From a bacterium (GTDB lineage: Bacteria; UBA8248; JACPRG01; G963555815), in contig CBDHDG010000001.1 of NCBI GenBank assembly GCA_965261595.1, forward strand, positions 64,001-128,000: a stretch of DNA of 64,000 nt. The letters are read 5' to 3'. Below are positions 37,254 through 49,864 of the stretch, one piece after another (position 1 is the stretch's first letter; each line of letters opens with the position of its first letter). The notes under the pieces were generated by a model. That model saw only the letters and a program-made list of their open reading frames with translations, did not search any database and had not been told where the DNA came from. Both the position numbers and the translations under genes were made by a program.

Positions 37254-38457
37254 GACCGCCGTCCTCGAGCGCGAGGAGCTCATCAGCGGGAGTGAAGCCA
37301 TCGCCCACGCCTGCCGCCTGGCCGACGTGGACGTCATCACCGCCTACCCCATCCGGCCCTATGACACGGTCATGCAGTGCGTCGCCAAGATGATCGCCGA
37401 CGGCGACATGGACGCCGACTACATCGTGGCCGAGAGCGAGCACTCCCAGTTCGAGATCGTCAAGCACGCATCCGCCGTCGGAGCAAGGGTCTTCACCGGC
37501 AGCAGCGGTGTGGGCTGGTTCTACGCCATGGAGGCCCTGGCCGTGACGGCGGGGCTTCGTATTCCCGTCGTCGCCATGGTGGGCAACCGCGCCCTGGACG
37601 ACCCGGGGGCCTTCGGCACCGAGCACAACGACGCCCTGGCCGTCCGGGACCTGGGGTGGATGCTGACCTGGGTGGACACCGCCCAGGAGGCCCTGGACAC
37701 CGCCCTCATGGCCTTCCGGGTGGCCGAGAGCCGGGACGTCATGCTCCCCTGCGCCATCGCCACCGACGGGGCATTTCTCACCCACAGCCAGTCGCTGGTC
37801 ATGGTGCCCGACAAGGAGTCCGTGGACAATTACCTGCCCCCCTATGACCGGGGCGAGCTCCGGCTTCATCCCGACAACCCCATCACCATCGCCCCCCAGG
37901 TCAACGAGGACTGGCTGATGGAGATGCGCAAGCAGAGCGACGAGGGGATGAAGCGGGCCCGGGGCGTCCTGGAGGCGGCCCACGCCGATCTCCGGGCCAA
38001 ATTCGGCCGGGGCGGAGAATCCCCCTATCTGGAAGAGTACATGACCGAAGACGCCGACGCCGTCCTGGTCGGCATGGGGACCCTGGCCCTGCCCGTCCGG
38101 GTGGCCGTCCGCAAGGCCCGGGAGGCCGGCAAGAAGATCGGCTTCGTCCGCGTCAAGTGGTTCCGGCCCTTCGGCACCGAGCCCATCCAGGAATGCCTGA
38201 GCAAGTTCAAGGCGGTGGGCGTCGTGGATCGGGATTATTCGTTCGGCTCTCCGAACTGCGGCGGGGTGTTGTACACCGAGATCCGCTCCGCCCTCTACGA
38301 CGCGGACGCGCGTCCTCACGTCCTGGGGTACATCGCCGGATTGGGCGGCCGAGAGGTGACGCTCGGGACAACGAATGAGATCATCAACCAGACACTGGCC
38401 GCGGCGGCCGACGGAAAGGTCGAGGAAGCCGTGCGCTGGGTCGATGTGAGGGAGTAA
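37243..38457 (+). CDS. 2-oxoacid:ferredoxin oxidoreductase alpha subunit (OOR-like)
   Basis: SGSEAIA, AYPIRPY, ESEH, GARVFTGSSGVG, NRAL, FRPF, GLGGRE. Confidence 0.93.
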   Translation: MAPETAVLEREELISGSEAIAHACRLADVDVITAYPIRPYDTVMQCVAKMIADGDMDADYIVAESEHSQFEIVKHASAVGARVFTGSSGVGWFYAMEALAVTAGLRIPVVAMVGNRALDDPGAFGTEHNDALAVRDLGWMLTWVDTAQEALDTALMAFRVAESRDVMLPCAIATDGAFLTHSQSLVMVPDKESVDNYLPPYDRGELRLHPDNPITIAPQVNEDWLMEMRKQSDEGMKRARGVLEAAHADLRAKFGRGGESPYLEEYMTEDADAVLVGMGTLALPVRVAVRKAREAGKKIGFVRVKWFRPFGTEPIQECLSKFKAVGVVDRDYSFGSPNCGGVLYTEIRSALYDADARPHVLGYIAGLGGREVTLGTTNEIINQTLAAAADGKVEEAVRWVDVRE

Positions 38458-38462
38458 AGGAA

Positions 38463-39464
38463 ATGGCGGAAGACACCGCAATCCAGGTTCTCGAACCGAT
38501 CAAGAAGCTCAAGAACATCCCCCTCAAGCTGGTGGAGGAGTATTACACTTCCGGCCACCGGACGTGCCAGGGTTGCGAGTCGGCCCTGGTGATGAAGCTC
38601 ATGGCCAAGGCCGCCGGCCCCCGGACCATCATCCTCGGGAGCACCGGCTGTATGTACGTGGCCAACACCACCTACTACTCTACGCCATGGGTGGTGCCGT
38701 GGATGCACACCCAGCTCGGCTCCTCGGGCTCGGCCGCGACGGGGACCGCCGCCGGGCTTCGCGCGCTGATGCGCAAGGGCAAGATCGCCGAGGAGCCCAT
38801 CAACGTCATCGCCTTCTGCGGCGACGGCGGGGGGATGGATATGGGCATCGCGTCCATCTCGGCCGCCCTCCAGCACACCGAGTACAACCTGCTCATCATC
38901 ATGTACGACAACGAGTCCTACGCCAACACGGACATCCAGGCGTCCGGGGCCTCCCCCTGGGGGGTGAACACCACGTTCACCCCGCCGGGAAAGAAGCACC
39001 GGATCCTCCAGACCCGCTGGAAGAAGAACATGGCCGGGATGATGGCCGTCGGACATCCGGAGTGCCGCTACGTGGCCACGGCCGACGCCTCCTATCCCAC
39101 GGACCTCATCGACAAGGTCCGCAGAGGCCTCAGCATCCCGGGGCCGGCCTTCCTCCACACCCTCGACCCCTGCCCCAAGGGGTGGGACTACGACCCTTAC
39201 TTCTCCCACGAGCTGGGGGAACTGGCCTGCGAAACGGGGATCTGGCCGCTGTTCACGTGCGAGGACGGCAAAATCACCTACCAGAAGCCCACCCGGAACC
39301 TCATCAACGGCTACAAAAAGCGCAAGCCGGTCCGGGAATACATGGAGAAACAGGGCCGCTTCGCCCACTTCACCGATGAGGATTACGACTACTTCCAGGC
39401 GAAGATCGACAAGCAGTGGGAGACGTGGACCGTTCCCGGCGCCATTCCGATCCTCAAGGATTGA
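38463..39464 (+). CDS. 2-oxoacid:ferredoxin oxidoreductase beta (TPP-binding) subunit
   Basis: GHRTCQGC, TGCMYVANT, GDGG...YDNESYANT, PCPKGW, QGRFAHF. Confidence 0.93.
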   Translation: MAEDTAIQVLEPIKKLKNIPLKLVEEYYTSGHRTCQGCESALVMKLMAKAAGPRTIILGSTGCMYVANTTYYSTPWVVPWMHTQLGSSGSAATGTAAGLRALMRKGKIAEEPINVIAFCGDGGGMDMGIASISAALQHTEYNLLIIMYDNESYANTDIQASGASPWGVNTTFTPPGKKHRILQTRWKKNMAGMMAVGHPECRYVATADASYPTDLIDKVRRGLSIPGPAFLHTLDPCPKGWDYDPYFSHELGELACETGIWPLFTCEDGKITYQKPTRNLINGYKKRKPVREYMEKQGRFAHFTDEDYDYFQAKIDKQWETWTVPGAIPILKD

Positions 39465-39496
39465 GCGGGGCGGAGACCGCACACTGACGCACGCCG

Positions 39497-39531
39497 GGGC
39501 CTCCGGGAGACTTTCTCCCGGAGGCCCTTTT
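39497..39531 (+). terminator. Rho-independent terminator ending the OFOR operon
   Basis: gggcctccgggaga-ctt-tctcccggaggccc followed by tttt. Confidence 0.85.
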
Positions 39532-39787
39532 GCTTTCAGGGCCCAAGCCGCCCGCCGCCACCTTGCAACACCCCCCTATTGTCATTCCCGCGCAGACATG
39601 CCCCGATGAAAACCGGGTATGACCAAGGGGTCCAGGTGGGCTCAGCCTCCAATCCATGAGAGAATAATTCGCGTATCGGTTCATTTCGGTTGAACCGAAC
39701 CCATCGGCGGGCAGCGCACATCCAACAGGAGAGTCCCCGGGACGCCGTAGGGCCGCGAGGGAGGGAGGGGGGGGGAGGGGAGAATCC

Positions 39788-41851
39788 GTGGCTGAAGAGA
39801 GGCAGTTGGACGATCTCGCTGTCAACACCATCCGCACACTCTCGATGGACGCCGTTCAGGAAGCGGGCTCCGGCCACCCCGGCACAGCCATGGCCCTGGC
39901 GCCCGTGGTCTATCGCCTCTGGCAGCGACACCTCCGTTTCGACCCCGCCGACCCCATCTGGCCCAACCGGGACCGCTTCGTCCTCTCCATCGGCCACGCC
40001 TCGATGCTCCTCTATTCCCTCCTTCACCTGTGCGGCGTCAAGGCCGTCAACCCCATGTACGAAACCCTCGGGGAGCCGTCGGTCACACTCGACGACATCA
40101 AGCGGTTCCGGCAGCTCGACAGCAAGTGTCCCGGCCACCCCGAATATCGCTGGACTTCCGGCGTGGAGACGACGACCGGGCCCCTCGGCCAGGGCGTGGC
40201 GACCAGCGTGGGCATGGCCGTCGCCGAAAGGTGGATGGCCGCGCACTTCAACCGGCCGGGGTTCGAGATGTTCGACTACGACGTCTACGCCCTTTGCGGC
40301 GACGGTTGCATGATGGAGGGGGTCTCGGGCGAAGCCGCGTCCCTGGCGGGCCATCTCAAGCTCTCCAACCTGTGTTGGATCTACGACAACAACAAGATCA
40401 CCATCGAGGGCCACACGGCGTGGGCCTTCTCCGAGGACGTCGCGACCCGGTTCATCGGCTACGGCTGGAACGTCACGCGCGTCGGAGACGCCAACGATCA
40501 AGAGATGCTCGGCCGGGCGTTCGAGACCTTTCGGCAAACCGGCGACCGGCCGACCCTCGTCATCGTGGACAGCCACATCGCCTACGGCTCGCCGCACAAG
40601 CAGGACACCCACGCCGCCCACGGCGAACCCCTGGGCGATGAGGAGATCCGCCTGACCAAAAAGAACTACGGCTGGCCGCAGGACGCCAAGTTCCTCGTCC
40701 CCGAAGGCGTCCGCGAGCACTTTGAAGCGGGGATCGGAAGACGCGGCGGCGCGCTCCGCGCCGCGTGGATGGCCCGGTTCGATGAATACCGCGCGCTTCA
40801 CCCCGATTTGTCCGACCATCTCTACAAGATGCAGCACCGCCGACTGCCCGACGGGTGGGACCGGAACCTGCCCGAGTTTCCGCCGGACGCCAAGGGCCTC
40901 GCCAGCCGGGAATCCTCCGGAAAGGTCCTCAACGCCCTGGCGGAAAACGTGCCGTGGCTTATCGGCGGCTCGGCGGACCTGGCCCCATCCACCAAGACCC
41001 GCCTGACGTTCGGGGGGGCGGGGGACTTCTCCGCGGATGACCGCGCCGGCCGAAACCTCCACTTCGGCGTCCGCGAACACGCGATGGCGTCCATCCTGAA
41101 CGGGCTCTCCCTCAGCAAGGTCCGCCCCTACGGGTCCGGGTTCCTGATCTTCAGCGATTACTCCCGGCCCGCGATCCGGCTGAGCGCCCTGATGGAGATC
41201 CCGGTCATCTACATCTTCACCCACGACTCCATCGGCGTCGGCGAGGACGGCCCGACACACCAGCCCGTCGAGCACCTGACTTCCCTCCGGGCCATTCCCG
41301 GGCTGATCACCCTGCGGCCGGGCGACGCCAACGAAGTCGCCGAGGCGTGGCGGGTCATCGCCGGGCTCCGCCACGAGCCGGTGGCGTTGGTCCTCTCCCG
41401 GCAAGCGCTTCCAACGCTGGACCGCTCGAAATACGCCCCGGCCGCCGGCGTGGCGAGGGGCGGATATGTGTTGGCGGACGCCGAAGACGGCCGGCCGGAG
41501 GTCCTCCTTCTCGCAAGCGGCAGCGAGGTGTCCCTTTGCGTCGAAGCCTTCGAGGAATTAAAGTCCGAAGGCGTCCGGGCCCGCGTCGTGAGCCTGCCGT
41601 CCTGGGAGCTGTTCGACCGGCAGGACGCGGCGTACCGGGAAAGCGTCCTTCCCGCCGAGGTGACCGCCCGGCTCTCCGTGGAACAGTCAGCCACGCTCGG
41701 CTGGGACCGCTACGTCGGCCTCCGCGGGCGGAGCATCGGGATGAAGACCTTCGGGGCCTCGGCGCCGCTGAAGGAATTGCAGAAAAGATTCGGATTCTCG
41801 CCCGGCCGCGTCGCCGCCGCGGCCAAAGACCTCCTGACGAAAACGGGGTAA
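39788..41851 (+). CDS. tkt: Transketolase
   Basis: SGHPG, RDRFVLSIGH, GHPEY, TTGPLGQG, GDGCMMEG, FGVREHAM, THDSIGVGEDGPTHQPVE. Confidence 0.98.
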   Translation: MAEERQLDDLAVNTIRTLSMDAVQEAGSGHPGTAMALAPVVYRLWQRHLRFDPADPIWPNRDRFVLSIGHASMLLYSLLHLCGVKAVNPMYETLGEPSVTLDDIKRFRQLDSKCPGHPEYRWTSGVETTTGPLGQGVATSVGMAVAERWMAAHFNRPGFEMFDYDVYALCGDGCMMEGVSGEAASLAGHLKLSNLCWIYDNNKITIEGHTAWAFSEDVATRFIGYGWNVTRVGDANDQEMLGRAFETFRQTGDRPTLVIVDSHIAYGSPHKQDTHAAHGEPLGDEEIRLTKKNYGWPQDAKFLVPEGVREHFEAGIGRRGGALRAAWMARFDEYRALHPDLSDHLYKMQHRRLPDGWDRNLPEFPPDAKGLASRESSGKVLNALAENVPWLIGGSADLAPSTKTRLTFGGAGDFSADDRAGRNLHFGVREHAMASILNGLSLSKVRPYGSGFLIFSDYSRPAIRLSALMEIPVIYIFTHDSIGVGEDGPTHQPVEHLTSLRAIPGLITLRPGDANEVAEAWRVIAGLRHEPVALVLSRQALPTLDRSKYAPAAGVARGGYVLADAEDGRPEVLLLASGSEVSLCVEAFEELKSEGVRARVVSLPSWELFDRQDAAYRESVLPAEVTARLSVEQSATLGWDRYVGLRGRSIGMKTFGASAPLKELQKRFGFSPGRVAAAAKDLLTKTG

Positions 41852-41854
41852 GAC

Positions 41855-42337
41855 ATGCGCGTCGCGATGGGAGCCGATCACGCCGGGTTCGAGCTGAAGC
41901 GGACCTTGGCCGACCATGTGCGTGGACTCGGGCATGAAGTCGAGGACCTGGGGACCGGAAGCGCCGAACCGGTGGATTATCCCGACTTCGCCGAAGCCGT
42001 GGGCGTCGCCATTCGCGAGGACCGGGCGGATCGCGGAATCCTCGTCTGCGGCAGCGGCGTGGGCGCCTCCATCACGGCCAACAAGCTCCCCGGGATTCGG
42101 GCCGGCCTGTGTCATGACGTCTATTCCGCGCGCCAGGGCGTCGAGCACGATGAAATGAACATCCTGGTGATGGGGGCGCGCGTGATCGGACCCGAGCTGG
42201 CCCGGGACCTGGTCCGCTCTTTTCTGGACACGAAGTTCACCGGAGAGGAACGCCACCGCCGGAGACTCGGGAAACTCAACGCGATTGAGAAGCGCTACGG
42301 AGGGGCCGGCTCGGGCCCGGAGGAAGAAGCGCCATGA
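41855..42337 (+). CDS. rpiB: Ribose-5-phosphate isomerase B
   Basis: [30 protein letters not shown]. Confidence 0.96.
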   Translation: MRVAMGADHAGFELKRTLADHVRGLGHEVEDLGTGSAEPVDYPDFAEAVGVAIREDRADRGILVCGSGVGASITANKLPGIRAGLCHDVYSARQGVEHDEMNILVMGARVIGPELARDLVRSFLDTKFTGEERHRRRLGKLNAIEKRYGGAGSGPEEEAP

Positions 42338-45186
42338 ACCCTTTGAAAGCGCTGAGCGAATACGGCCAGTCCGTCTGGCTGGACTACATCCGCCGGAACC
42401 TCATCGCGACGGGCGAGCTGAAGCGTCTCATCGAGGAAGACGGCCTGGCGGGCGTCACGTCGAATCCGGCCATCTTCGAGAAGGCCATCACCGGGAGCAC
42501 GGATTACTCCGAAGACCTGGCCGCCTTGCAGGAACAGGACTTCGACCCCACGTCGGTCTTCGAGCGGCTGGCGGTCCGGGACATCCAGGACGCCGCCGAT
42601 GTCTTGAGGCCGCTCTTTGATCGAACCAACCGCCGCGACGGATTCGTCAGCCTGGAGGTCTCCCCGTACAAGGCCAACGAGACCGAGGCCACCATCGAGG
42701 AGGCGAGGCGGCTCTGGTCGGCCGTCGGGCGCGAGAACCTCATGATCAAGGTCCCGGCCACCCCGGCCGGCCTCCCCGCCATCGAGACGCTCATTGGCGA
42801 GGGGATCAACGTCAACATCACCCTCCTCTTCGCCCGGGAGGCCTACGAACGGGTCGCCGAGGCCTATCTCCGGGGACTCGAAGCCCTGAGCGCGAAGGGC
42901 GAAGACCCGGGCCGCGTGGCGAGCGTCGCCAGCTTCTTCATCAGCCGGATCGACGCCGCGATTGAAGCCATCGTCAAGGTCCGGCTCAAATCCGTCGCCG
43001 AACCGGCCGAACGGGAGCTGCTCAAAAGCCTGCCCGGCAAGGTCGCCATCGCCAACGCCAAGCTCGCCTACCGGCAATACAAGTCCATCTTCAGCGGAGA
43101 CCGCTGGCGGGCCCTGGCGGATCGGGGGGCGCGGACACAGCGACTTCTGTGGGCCAGCACGAGCGCCAAGAACCCGAGTTACCGGGACGTGATCTACGTC
43201 GAGGAGCTCATCGGCCCCGATACGGTGAACACCATTCCGCCGGCCACCCTGGACGCGTTCCGGGATCACGGCCGCCCGCGCGCGAGCCTGGAAGAGGACG
43301 TCGACGCCGCGCAGGATGCGATGGACCGCCTCGAAGCGGCGGGCATCTCGATGAAAGACGTCACCGACAAGCTTCTCGAAGACGGCGTGCGGCTCTTCGC
43401 CGAGGCCTTCGACAAATTGTTGGCCGCGGTGAACAAGCGGTGCCGGGTGGTCGTGGACGCCCAGATCAACCGCCAACGCCACTCCCTGTCGGAAGCGGAC
43501 GCCGCGCGGGTCCAGGCGACGCTCGATGACTGGAAGCTCACCGGGAAGGTCCTGAGGCTCTGGACGCGGGACGCGACCCTGTGGACAGGCATGGACGAAG
43601 GAAAATGGCTCGGGTGGCTCGGCGTCACGGAAGACCAGCTCGCCCACGGCCAACACCTGCGGGACCTGGCCGATGAGGTGAAGGCCGACGGGTTTTCCCA
43701 TGTGGCGCTGTTAGGGATGGGCGGCTCCAGCCTGTGCCCGGAAGTCCTCAGAAAGACGTTCGGCCGGATCGAGGGGTTCCCCGAGCTGCAGGTCCTCGAT
43801 TCCACCGACCCCGCCCAGGTCAAGGCGCTCGAAAACCGGATCGACCCGGCCGACACCCTGTTCATCGTGTCCAGCAAATCGGGGAGCACGCTGGAGCCCA
43901 ACATTTTCAAGCAATATTTTTTCGAGCGGGTCCGGGAGGCCATCGGCGCGGACCGGGCGGGGGACCGGTTCATCGCCGTCACCGACCCCGGATCAAAACT
44001 CGAAGCCATCGCGGAGGAGGACGGCTTCCGCCACATTTTCCACGGCGATCCGAGCATCGGCGGCCGGTACTCCGCCCTGTCGAACTTCGGGATGGTCCCG
44101 GCGGCCGCGATGGGCCTGGACGCGCTGAAGCTCCTGGACAGCGCGGACGAGATGGCCGTCTCTTCCTCCTCCTGTCTGCCCGCGGACGAGAATCCCGGCG
44201 TGGTCCTGGGAGCGGCCCTGGGCGTCCTGGCCCAGGGGGGGCGGGACAAGGTGACGCTCATCGCCTCGCCGGGCATTGAGGCTCTCGGGGCCTGGATCGA
44301 ACAGCTGATCGCCGAGTCCACCGGGAAGGATGGCCGGGGTCTCATCCCCGTGGACCGGGAGCCCCTGGGACCGCCGGATGTGTACGGCGACGACCGGATC
44401 TTCGTCTACGAACGGCTGGAATCCGCCCCGGACGCCTCCCAGGACGCGGCGGTCTCGGCCCTCGAGGAGGCCGGACATCCCGTCCTCCGGTTCTCCGTCG
44501 CCGAGCCCCATGACCTGGGGCAGGAGTTTTTCCGCTGGGAGCTCGCCACGGCCGTTGCGGGATCCATTCTCGGAATCAATCCCTTCGATCAGCCGGACGT
44601 GGAGGCCGGCAAAGCGGCGACCCGGGAGCTGATGGCGGAATACGAGAAAACGGGCGCCCTCCCTCCGGAGACCCCCATCTTCGAAGAAAAAGGCGTCAAG
44701 TTGTTCGCGGATGAGCAGAACGCCATTTCGCTCTGGACAACGGTGACCTCCCATCCATCCCTCGCCGCATATCTCGGGGCGCACCTCGACCGGATCGAGG
44801 CGGGGGATTACTTCGCGCTGCTTGCGTATATCGAGATGAAGGACGCCCACGAAGGACCGCTCCAGACAATGCGCCGGGCGGTTCGCGACCATCGCCGCGC
44901 GGCCACCTGTCTGGGATTCGGCCCGCGCTTCCTCCATTCAACCGGGCAGGCGTACAAGGGCGGTCCGAACACCGGGGTTTTCCTGCAAATCACGTGCGAC
45001 GACGCGCAAGACCTGCCGGTCCCCGGCCAGCGGTTTACTTTCGGCGCCGTGAAGGCCGCGCAGGCCCGGGGCGACTTCCAGGTTCTGGCCGAGCGGGATC
45101 GGCGCGCCCTTCGGGTCCACCTGGGCGAAGACGTAACGGCCGGGCTGGAGATTTTGCAAACCGCCATCCTCCAAACGACAGGGTAA
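42334..45186 (+). CDS. Bifunctional transaldolase / glucose-6-phosphate isomerase fusion
   Basis: N-terminal [31 protein letters not shown]-terminal [30 protein letters not shown]. Confidence 0.95.
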   Translation: MNPLKALSEYGQSVWLDYIRRNLIATGELKRLIEEDGLAGVTSNPAIFEKAITGSTDYSEDLAALQEQDFDPTSVFERLAVRDIQDAADVLRPLFDRTNRRDGFVSLEVSPYKANETEATIEEARRLWSAVGRENLMIKVPATPAGLPAIETLIGEGINVNITLLFAREAYERVAEAYLRGLEALSAKGEDPGRVASVASFFISRIDAAIEAIVKVRLKSVAEPAERELLKSLPGKVAIANAKLAYRQYKSIFSGDRWRALADRGARTQRLLWASTSAKNPSYRDVIYVEELIGPDTVNTIPPATLDAFRDHGRPRASLEEDVDAAQDAMDRLEAAGISMKDVTDKLLEDGVRLFAEAFDKLLAAVNKRCRVVVDAQINRQRHSLSEADAARVQATLDDWKLTGKVLRLWTRDATLWTGMDEGKWLGWLGVTEDQLAHGQHLRDLADEVKADGFSHVALLGMGGSSLCPEVLRKTFGRIEGFPELQVLDSTDPAQVKALENRIDPADTLFIVSSKSGSTLEPNIFKQYFFERVREAIGADRAGDRFIAVTDPGSKLEAIAEEDGFRHIFHGDPSIGGRYSALSNFGMVPAAAMGLDALKLLDSADEMAVSSSSCLPADENPGVVLGAALGVLAQGGRDKVTLIASPGIEALGAWIEQLIAESTGKDGRGLIPVDREPLGPPDVYGDDRIFVYERLESAPDASQDAAVSALEEAGHPVLRFSVAEPHDLGQEFFRWELATAVAGSILGINPFDQPDVEAGKAATRELMAEYEKTGALPPETPIFEEKGVKLFADEQNAISLWTTVTSHPSLAAYLGAHLDRIEAGDYFALLAYIEMKDAHEGPLQTMRRAVRDHRRAATCLGFGPRFLHSTGQAYKGGPNTGVFLQITCDDAQDLPVPGQRFTFGAVKAAQARGDFQVLAERDRRALRVHLGEDVTAGLEILQTAILQTTG

Positions 45187-45256
45187 GACAAAGCGGCGGA
45201 CCGCCCGGACCCTTTGCGGTCCCGGGTGCGGTCTCTTCCGGAAAGGAGCGGCGACG

Positions 45257-46242
<986 letters not shown>

Positions 46243-46246
<4 letters not shown>

Positions 46247-47790
46247 AGAAGATGGCGCACGGGCGGGAGACGGGCGCGGGCGAAGAACCGGCGGGAAAAA
46301 CGGCCGACCCCTGTGTCATGGTGATCTTCGGCGCGTCCGGGGACCTGACCAAGCGAAAGCTCATCCCGGCCCTCTACAACCTGGCGAGCCAGAATCTGCT
46401 CTCGGAAAACTTCGCCGTCATCGGCTTCGCCCGGCGCGAGATGAGCACGGAAGACTTCCGGGAGAAACTCAGCCGGGAGATCGGGGAGTACGCCACCGGC
46501 CCGATCGATCCTGAGCTCTGGCGACGGTGCGTCGACCGGATCCACTACTTTTGCGGCAACCTGGGGGACGCGGACGCTTACGGGCGGCTGCAAAACCTCC
46601 TTTCCGAGCTGGAGGTGAAGCACAACACCCGGGGCAACATCCTCTACTACTTGGCGACCGCGCCCGATTTCTTCTCTCCGGTGACCCGATGCCTGGGCGA
46701 CGCCGGGTTGGTCCGCGAGGAGGAGGGCGCTTGGCGGCGCGTCATCTTTGAAAAACCGTTCGGGCGGGACCTCCAATCGGCGAAGACCCTCAATCAGGAC
46801 ATCCGGCAGGTCCTGGACGAGGGCCAGATCTATCGCATCGACCATTATCTGGGCAAAGAAACCGTCCAGAACATCATGGTCTTCCGGTTCGCCAACGGCA
46901 TTTTCGAGCCCATCTGGAACCGCCGCTATATCGATCACGTCCAGATCACCGTGGCCGAGCGTTTGGGGGTCGAGCAGCGCGGCGGTTACTACGACGAGTC
47001 CGGCGCGCTTCGGGACATGGCGCCCAACCACATCTGTCAACTGATCAGTCTGACGGCCATGGAGCCCCCCATCTCCTTCGAAGCGGACGCCGTCCGGGAT
47101 GAGCAAGCCAAGATCCTACGGGCCATCCAGCCCCTGTCCTCCGAAGAAGTGCTCACCCGAACCGTCCGGGGGCAATACGGAGAAGGGACAGTGGACGGAG
47201 CGCGCGTCCCCGGGTATCGCGGCAAGGAGCGGGTGCCGGACGACTCCGGCACGGAAACCTATGTGGCGTTGAAACTGTATATCGACAACTGGCGCTGGGC
47301 CGGGGTGCCCTTTTACATCCGCACGGGGAAGAGCCTTCCCGTTCGGCGCACGGAAATCACCATCCAGTTCAAGCGCGCCCCGTTCATCCTGTTCCGGAAT
47401 ACGCCGGTCGAGACCCTGACGCCGAACCAGCTCGTCCTCCAACTCCAGCCCGACGAAGGCATCTCCTTGAGCTTCGGGGCCAAGGTCCCCGGACCGATCG
47501 TCAACGTCGGCACGGTCGACATGAGCTTTCATTACGAAGACCACTTCGGGATCACCCCCAGCACCGGGTACGAGCGGTTGCTTTACGACGGCATGCTCGG
47601 GGACGCGACGCTGTTCCAGCGCGCGGACATGGTGGAGGCCGGCTGGGCCGTGGTGGAACCGATCCTCGACGTATGGAAGGCCCTGCCACCGCGCGATTTC
47701 CCCAACTACACCGCGGGCGAATGGGGGCCGAAGGGGGCGGATGAGCTGATGGCGCGGGACGGACGTGAATGGAGGGCTTCCGACGAATGA
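46243..47790 (+). CDS. zwf: Glucose-6-phosphate 1-dehydrogenase
   Basis: [32 protein letters not shown]. Confidence 0.97.
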
Positions 47791-48776
47791 TCCTGGCGGG
47801 CGACGTCGGCGGCACGAACGCGAGGCTGGCGATCTACGATGTGGAACACGGAAAACCCAAGCCCCTGGCATTGGAGGTCGTTCCCACCCGTCTCTATGGG
47901 AGCTTCCGGGAAGTCGCCGCCGGGTTCATGGAAAGACACGCCACGCCCGTTGAGCGGGCCTGCTTCGGCGTCGCCGGTCCGGTCAAGGACGGCCGGGCCG
48001 ATCCCCCGAACCTGGAGTGGGAATTCGATGAAGAACGCCTCGCGGACGAGTTGGGGTTGAAGAAGGTCTACCTGGTCAACGACCTCGTCGCCAACGCGCA
48101 CGGGATCGCCGCGCTCGAGGAGGAGGATTTCGCCCCGCTCAACGCGGGCGAGCCGCTCGAAGGGGGCGCCCGCGCCCTGATTTCCCCCGGCACCGGACTC
48201 GGCGAGGCCGGGCTGATCCGACTCGGCGGCCACCACCGGCCGTTTCCTTCCGAGGGCGGACACACCGATTTCGCGCCCCGCGATGAGCTCGAAATCGCGC
48301 TCCTCCAATTCCTCCTCACCGACCTGGAGCACGTCAGTTACGAGAGCGTCCTTTCCGGCGCCGGTCTCCACAGGATTTATCAATTCCTCCGCGAGACGGG
48401 CCGGGCGGAGGAGCCCGCGTGGCTGGCCGGCCGGATCCGGGCCGAGGACCCCGCCGCCGTCATCTCCACGGTTGCGCTGGAAGACGGTTCGGAGTTGTGC
48501 GTCCGGGCGCTGGACCTGTTCGTGTCGATCCTTGGAGCGGAGGCCGGAAACCTGGCGCTCAAGGTCTTCGCGACCGGAGGCGTATTCATCGGCGGAGGCA
48601 TCGCGCCGAAAATCCTTCCCAAGCTGAAGGCGCCGACGTTCATGAGAGCCTTCACCGCCAAGGGAAGGATGAAGGCGCTGCTCCGCTCGATACCCGTCCA
48701 TGCCATTTTGAACGACAAAACGGCCCTGTTGGGCGCGGCGCGATATGCCGGGCTGCAAGGAGCACAGCCTGAATAG
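47787..48776 (+). CDS. glk: Glucokinase (Glk family)
   Basis: [40 protein letters not shown]. Confidence 0.95.
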   Translation: MILAGDVGGTNARLAIYDVEHGKPKPLALEVVPTRLYGSFREVAAGFMERHATPVERACFGVAGPVKDGRADPPNLEWEFDEERLADELGLKKVYLVNDLVANAHGIAALEEEDFAPLNAGEPLEGGARALISPGTGLGEAGLIRLGGHHRPFPSEGGHTDFAPRDELEIALLQFLLTDLEHVSYESVLSGAGLHRIYQFLRETGRAEEPAWLAGRIRAEDPAAVISTVALEDGSELCVRALDLFVSILGAEAGNLALKVFATGGVFIGGGIAPKILPKLKAPTFMRAFTAKGRMKALLRSIPVHAILNDKTALLGAARYAGLQGAQPE

Positions 48777-48888
48777 CGAAGGGTGGCGTCCCCGGCGGGG
48801 ACAGGCCCAACCGGGTCGAGTTTTAAAATGGCCCTCCGGAAGATCTCCCTTGCCTTTCCGCAACCCGCGGCAAGTGAAACGGCCATCC

Positions 48889-49653
48889 ATGTCATCCCCC
48901 GAACGAGAGATAGAGATCCTGGACGACCCCGAGGCCATGACCCGCCGGGCGGCGGCGGAATTCGTCCGTCTGGGGGAGGATGCGGTCCGGGCGAAGGGGC
49001 GGTTCACGGTCGCCCTCTCGGGCGGGTCCACCCCCAGGGCCCTCTATACACTCCTGGCAAGCGATGGGGCGCCGTATCGGTCCCGGATCCCTTGGGGGCA
49101 AACCCATTTATTCTGGGGAGATGAACGGCACGTTCCCGCCGACCATCCCGAGAGCAACTTCCGCATGGTCCATGAAGCCCTCCTGTCCCGGGCGCCCGTC
49201 CTGGCGGAAAACATCCATCGAATCCGGGCTGAAAATCCCGATGCCGAAGCGGCGGCCCGAGACTATGAAACGTCCCTCCGGGATTTTTTCGGCCTGAAGG
49301 CGGGAGAGCCGCCCCGGTTCGATCTGGTCTTGCTGGGGATGGGGGCGGATGGACACACTGCGTCGATCTTTCCGGGAACCGGCGTGATCGCCGAGGCGGA
49401 CCGTCTCGTCGCGGCCCCTTGGGTCGGAAAATTCAGCGCCCGCCGAATCACCCTGACGCCGCCCGTCCTGAACAACGCGGCCTGCGTCCTCTTTGTCGTC
49501 GGCGGAGCGGAGAAGGCGGACGCGCTGCGCGCCGTCCTGTCCGGAGCGTTCAATCCCGGCCGCTTCCCCGCCCAGATCGTCATTCCCGCAAAGGGAAGAC
49601 TTCACTGGCTGGTGGACCGGGCGGCCGCGGGCCGTTTGGAAAAAGGGGGATGA
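48889..49653 (+). CDS. pgl: 6-phosphogluconolactonase (DevB type)
   Basis: LSGGSTP, FWGDERHVP, SNF, LLGMGADGHTASIFP, RITLT. Confidence 0.95.
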   Translation: MSSPEREIEILDDPEAMTRRAAAEFVRLGEDAVRAKGRFTVALSGGSTPRALYTLLASDGAPYRSRIPWGQTHLFWGDERHVPADHPESNFRMVHEALLSRAPVLAENIHRIRAENPDAEAAARDYETSLRDFFGLKAGEPPRFDLVLLGMGADGHTASIFPGTGVIAEADRLVAAPWVGKFSARRITLTPPVLNNAACVLFVVGGAEKADALRAVLSGAFNPGRFPAQIVIPAKGRLHWLVDRAAAGRLEKGG

Positions 49654-49864
49654 CCCGCTCAGACGCCCTGCGATTCGCGCAAGCGCTGTAGACGCGCGGC
49701 CCGGGGTGTGGGAAAATAACGCACATGGTCGATCCAAACCTTTTCGGTCACAACACAGGAAGTGACACCGGGCGTCAGGGGCTTCTCCGTTCGTCGAGAG
49801 CCTCTTGCCTGAATTCGCGCGGGACCCCGTTGGGATTCACAATCAGCCGGAGGATGGATTCAAG

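Noticed and set aside
36108..39464. Ordinary pyruvate:ferredoxin oxidoreductase
   Set aside because: YPIRP rather than YPITP and no Gly-rich CoA loop in gamma; porABCD names withheld
42334..45186. tal-pgi fusion as a novelty
   Set aside because: Known fusion (for example in Gluconobacter) within a widespread pentose-phosphate operon
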